Assembly (NCBI GenBank): GCA_951406725.2
Contig: OX597828.1
Span: 71,176,001-71,240,000, forward strand
DNA from: Octopus vulgaris
Taxonomy: Eukaryota
Length of the DNA stretch: 64,000 nucleotides
Direction of reading: 5' to 3'
In this document: positions 63,871 to 64,000 of the stretch, piece by piece
Numbering within the stretch: position 1 is the stretch's first letter
Layout: each line of letters opens with the position of its first letter
Position numbers and translations under genes: made by a program
Notes under the pieces: model-generated
Databases searched by the model: none
Seen by the model: only the letters and a program-made list of their open reading frames with translations
What the model was told of the DNA's origin: nothing

Positions 63871-64000
63871 AAGGCGGTGAGCTGGCAGAAATGTTAGCAT
63901 GCTGGGTGAAATGCTTTACGGTATTTCGTCTGTCTTTACGTTCCAAGTTCAAATTCTACCGAGGTTGACTTTGCCTTTCATCTTTTCGGGGTCGATTAAA
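63871..64000 (+). mobile_element. SINE family B, cut by the window end
   Basis: AAGGCGGTGAGCTGGCAGAAATGTTAGC...AGTTCAAATTC...GACTTTGCCTTTCATC. Confidence 0.85.

Overview
AT-rich, repeat-saturated animal genomic DNA. The SINE, LINE and microsatellite content points to an octopus (coleoid cephalopod); this is inference from recalled repeat families. The only host gene I can support is SLC35B4 (UDP-GlcNAc/UDP-xylose transporter) on the minus strand: coding exon 1 at 31436-31360 and exon 2 at 16778-16665, a 14.6-kb intron 1, and an intron 2 that appears to run off the window start. The ORF track does not report either exon in its correct frame. A CpG-retaining putative promoter zone (about 28.9-39.4 kb) is split by a 4.3-kb (TA/TG)n array, and there are weak hints of a divergent plus-strand transcript. 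The rest is intronic or intergenic: at least four tRNA-headed SINE families, 5'-truncated RTE LINE copies (two with readable ORF2 remnants), an R4/Dong-type relic, piggyBac-type and hAT MITEs, Helentron-like HINEs, foldbacks, and a 26-bp minisatellite grown from an RTE 3'UTR. The most striking signal is four unrelated small non-coding elements that each carry a minimal hammerhead-ribozyme-like fold of the Penelope-like-element type. One is a TSD-bounded 242-bp unit fusing a tRNA-derived Pol III head to the hammerhead. All long ORFs in the track are repeat artefacts. Repeat boundaries are approximate, read by eye, and only representative copies are listed.
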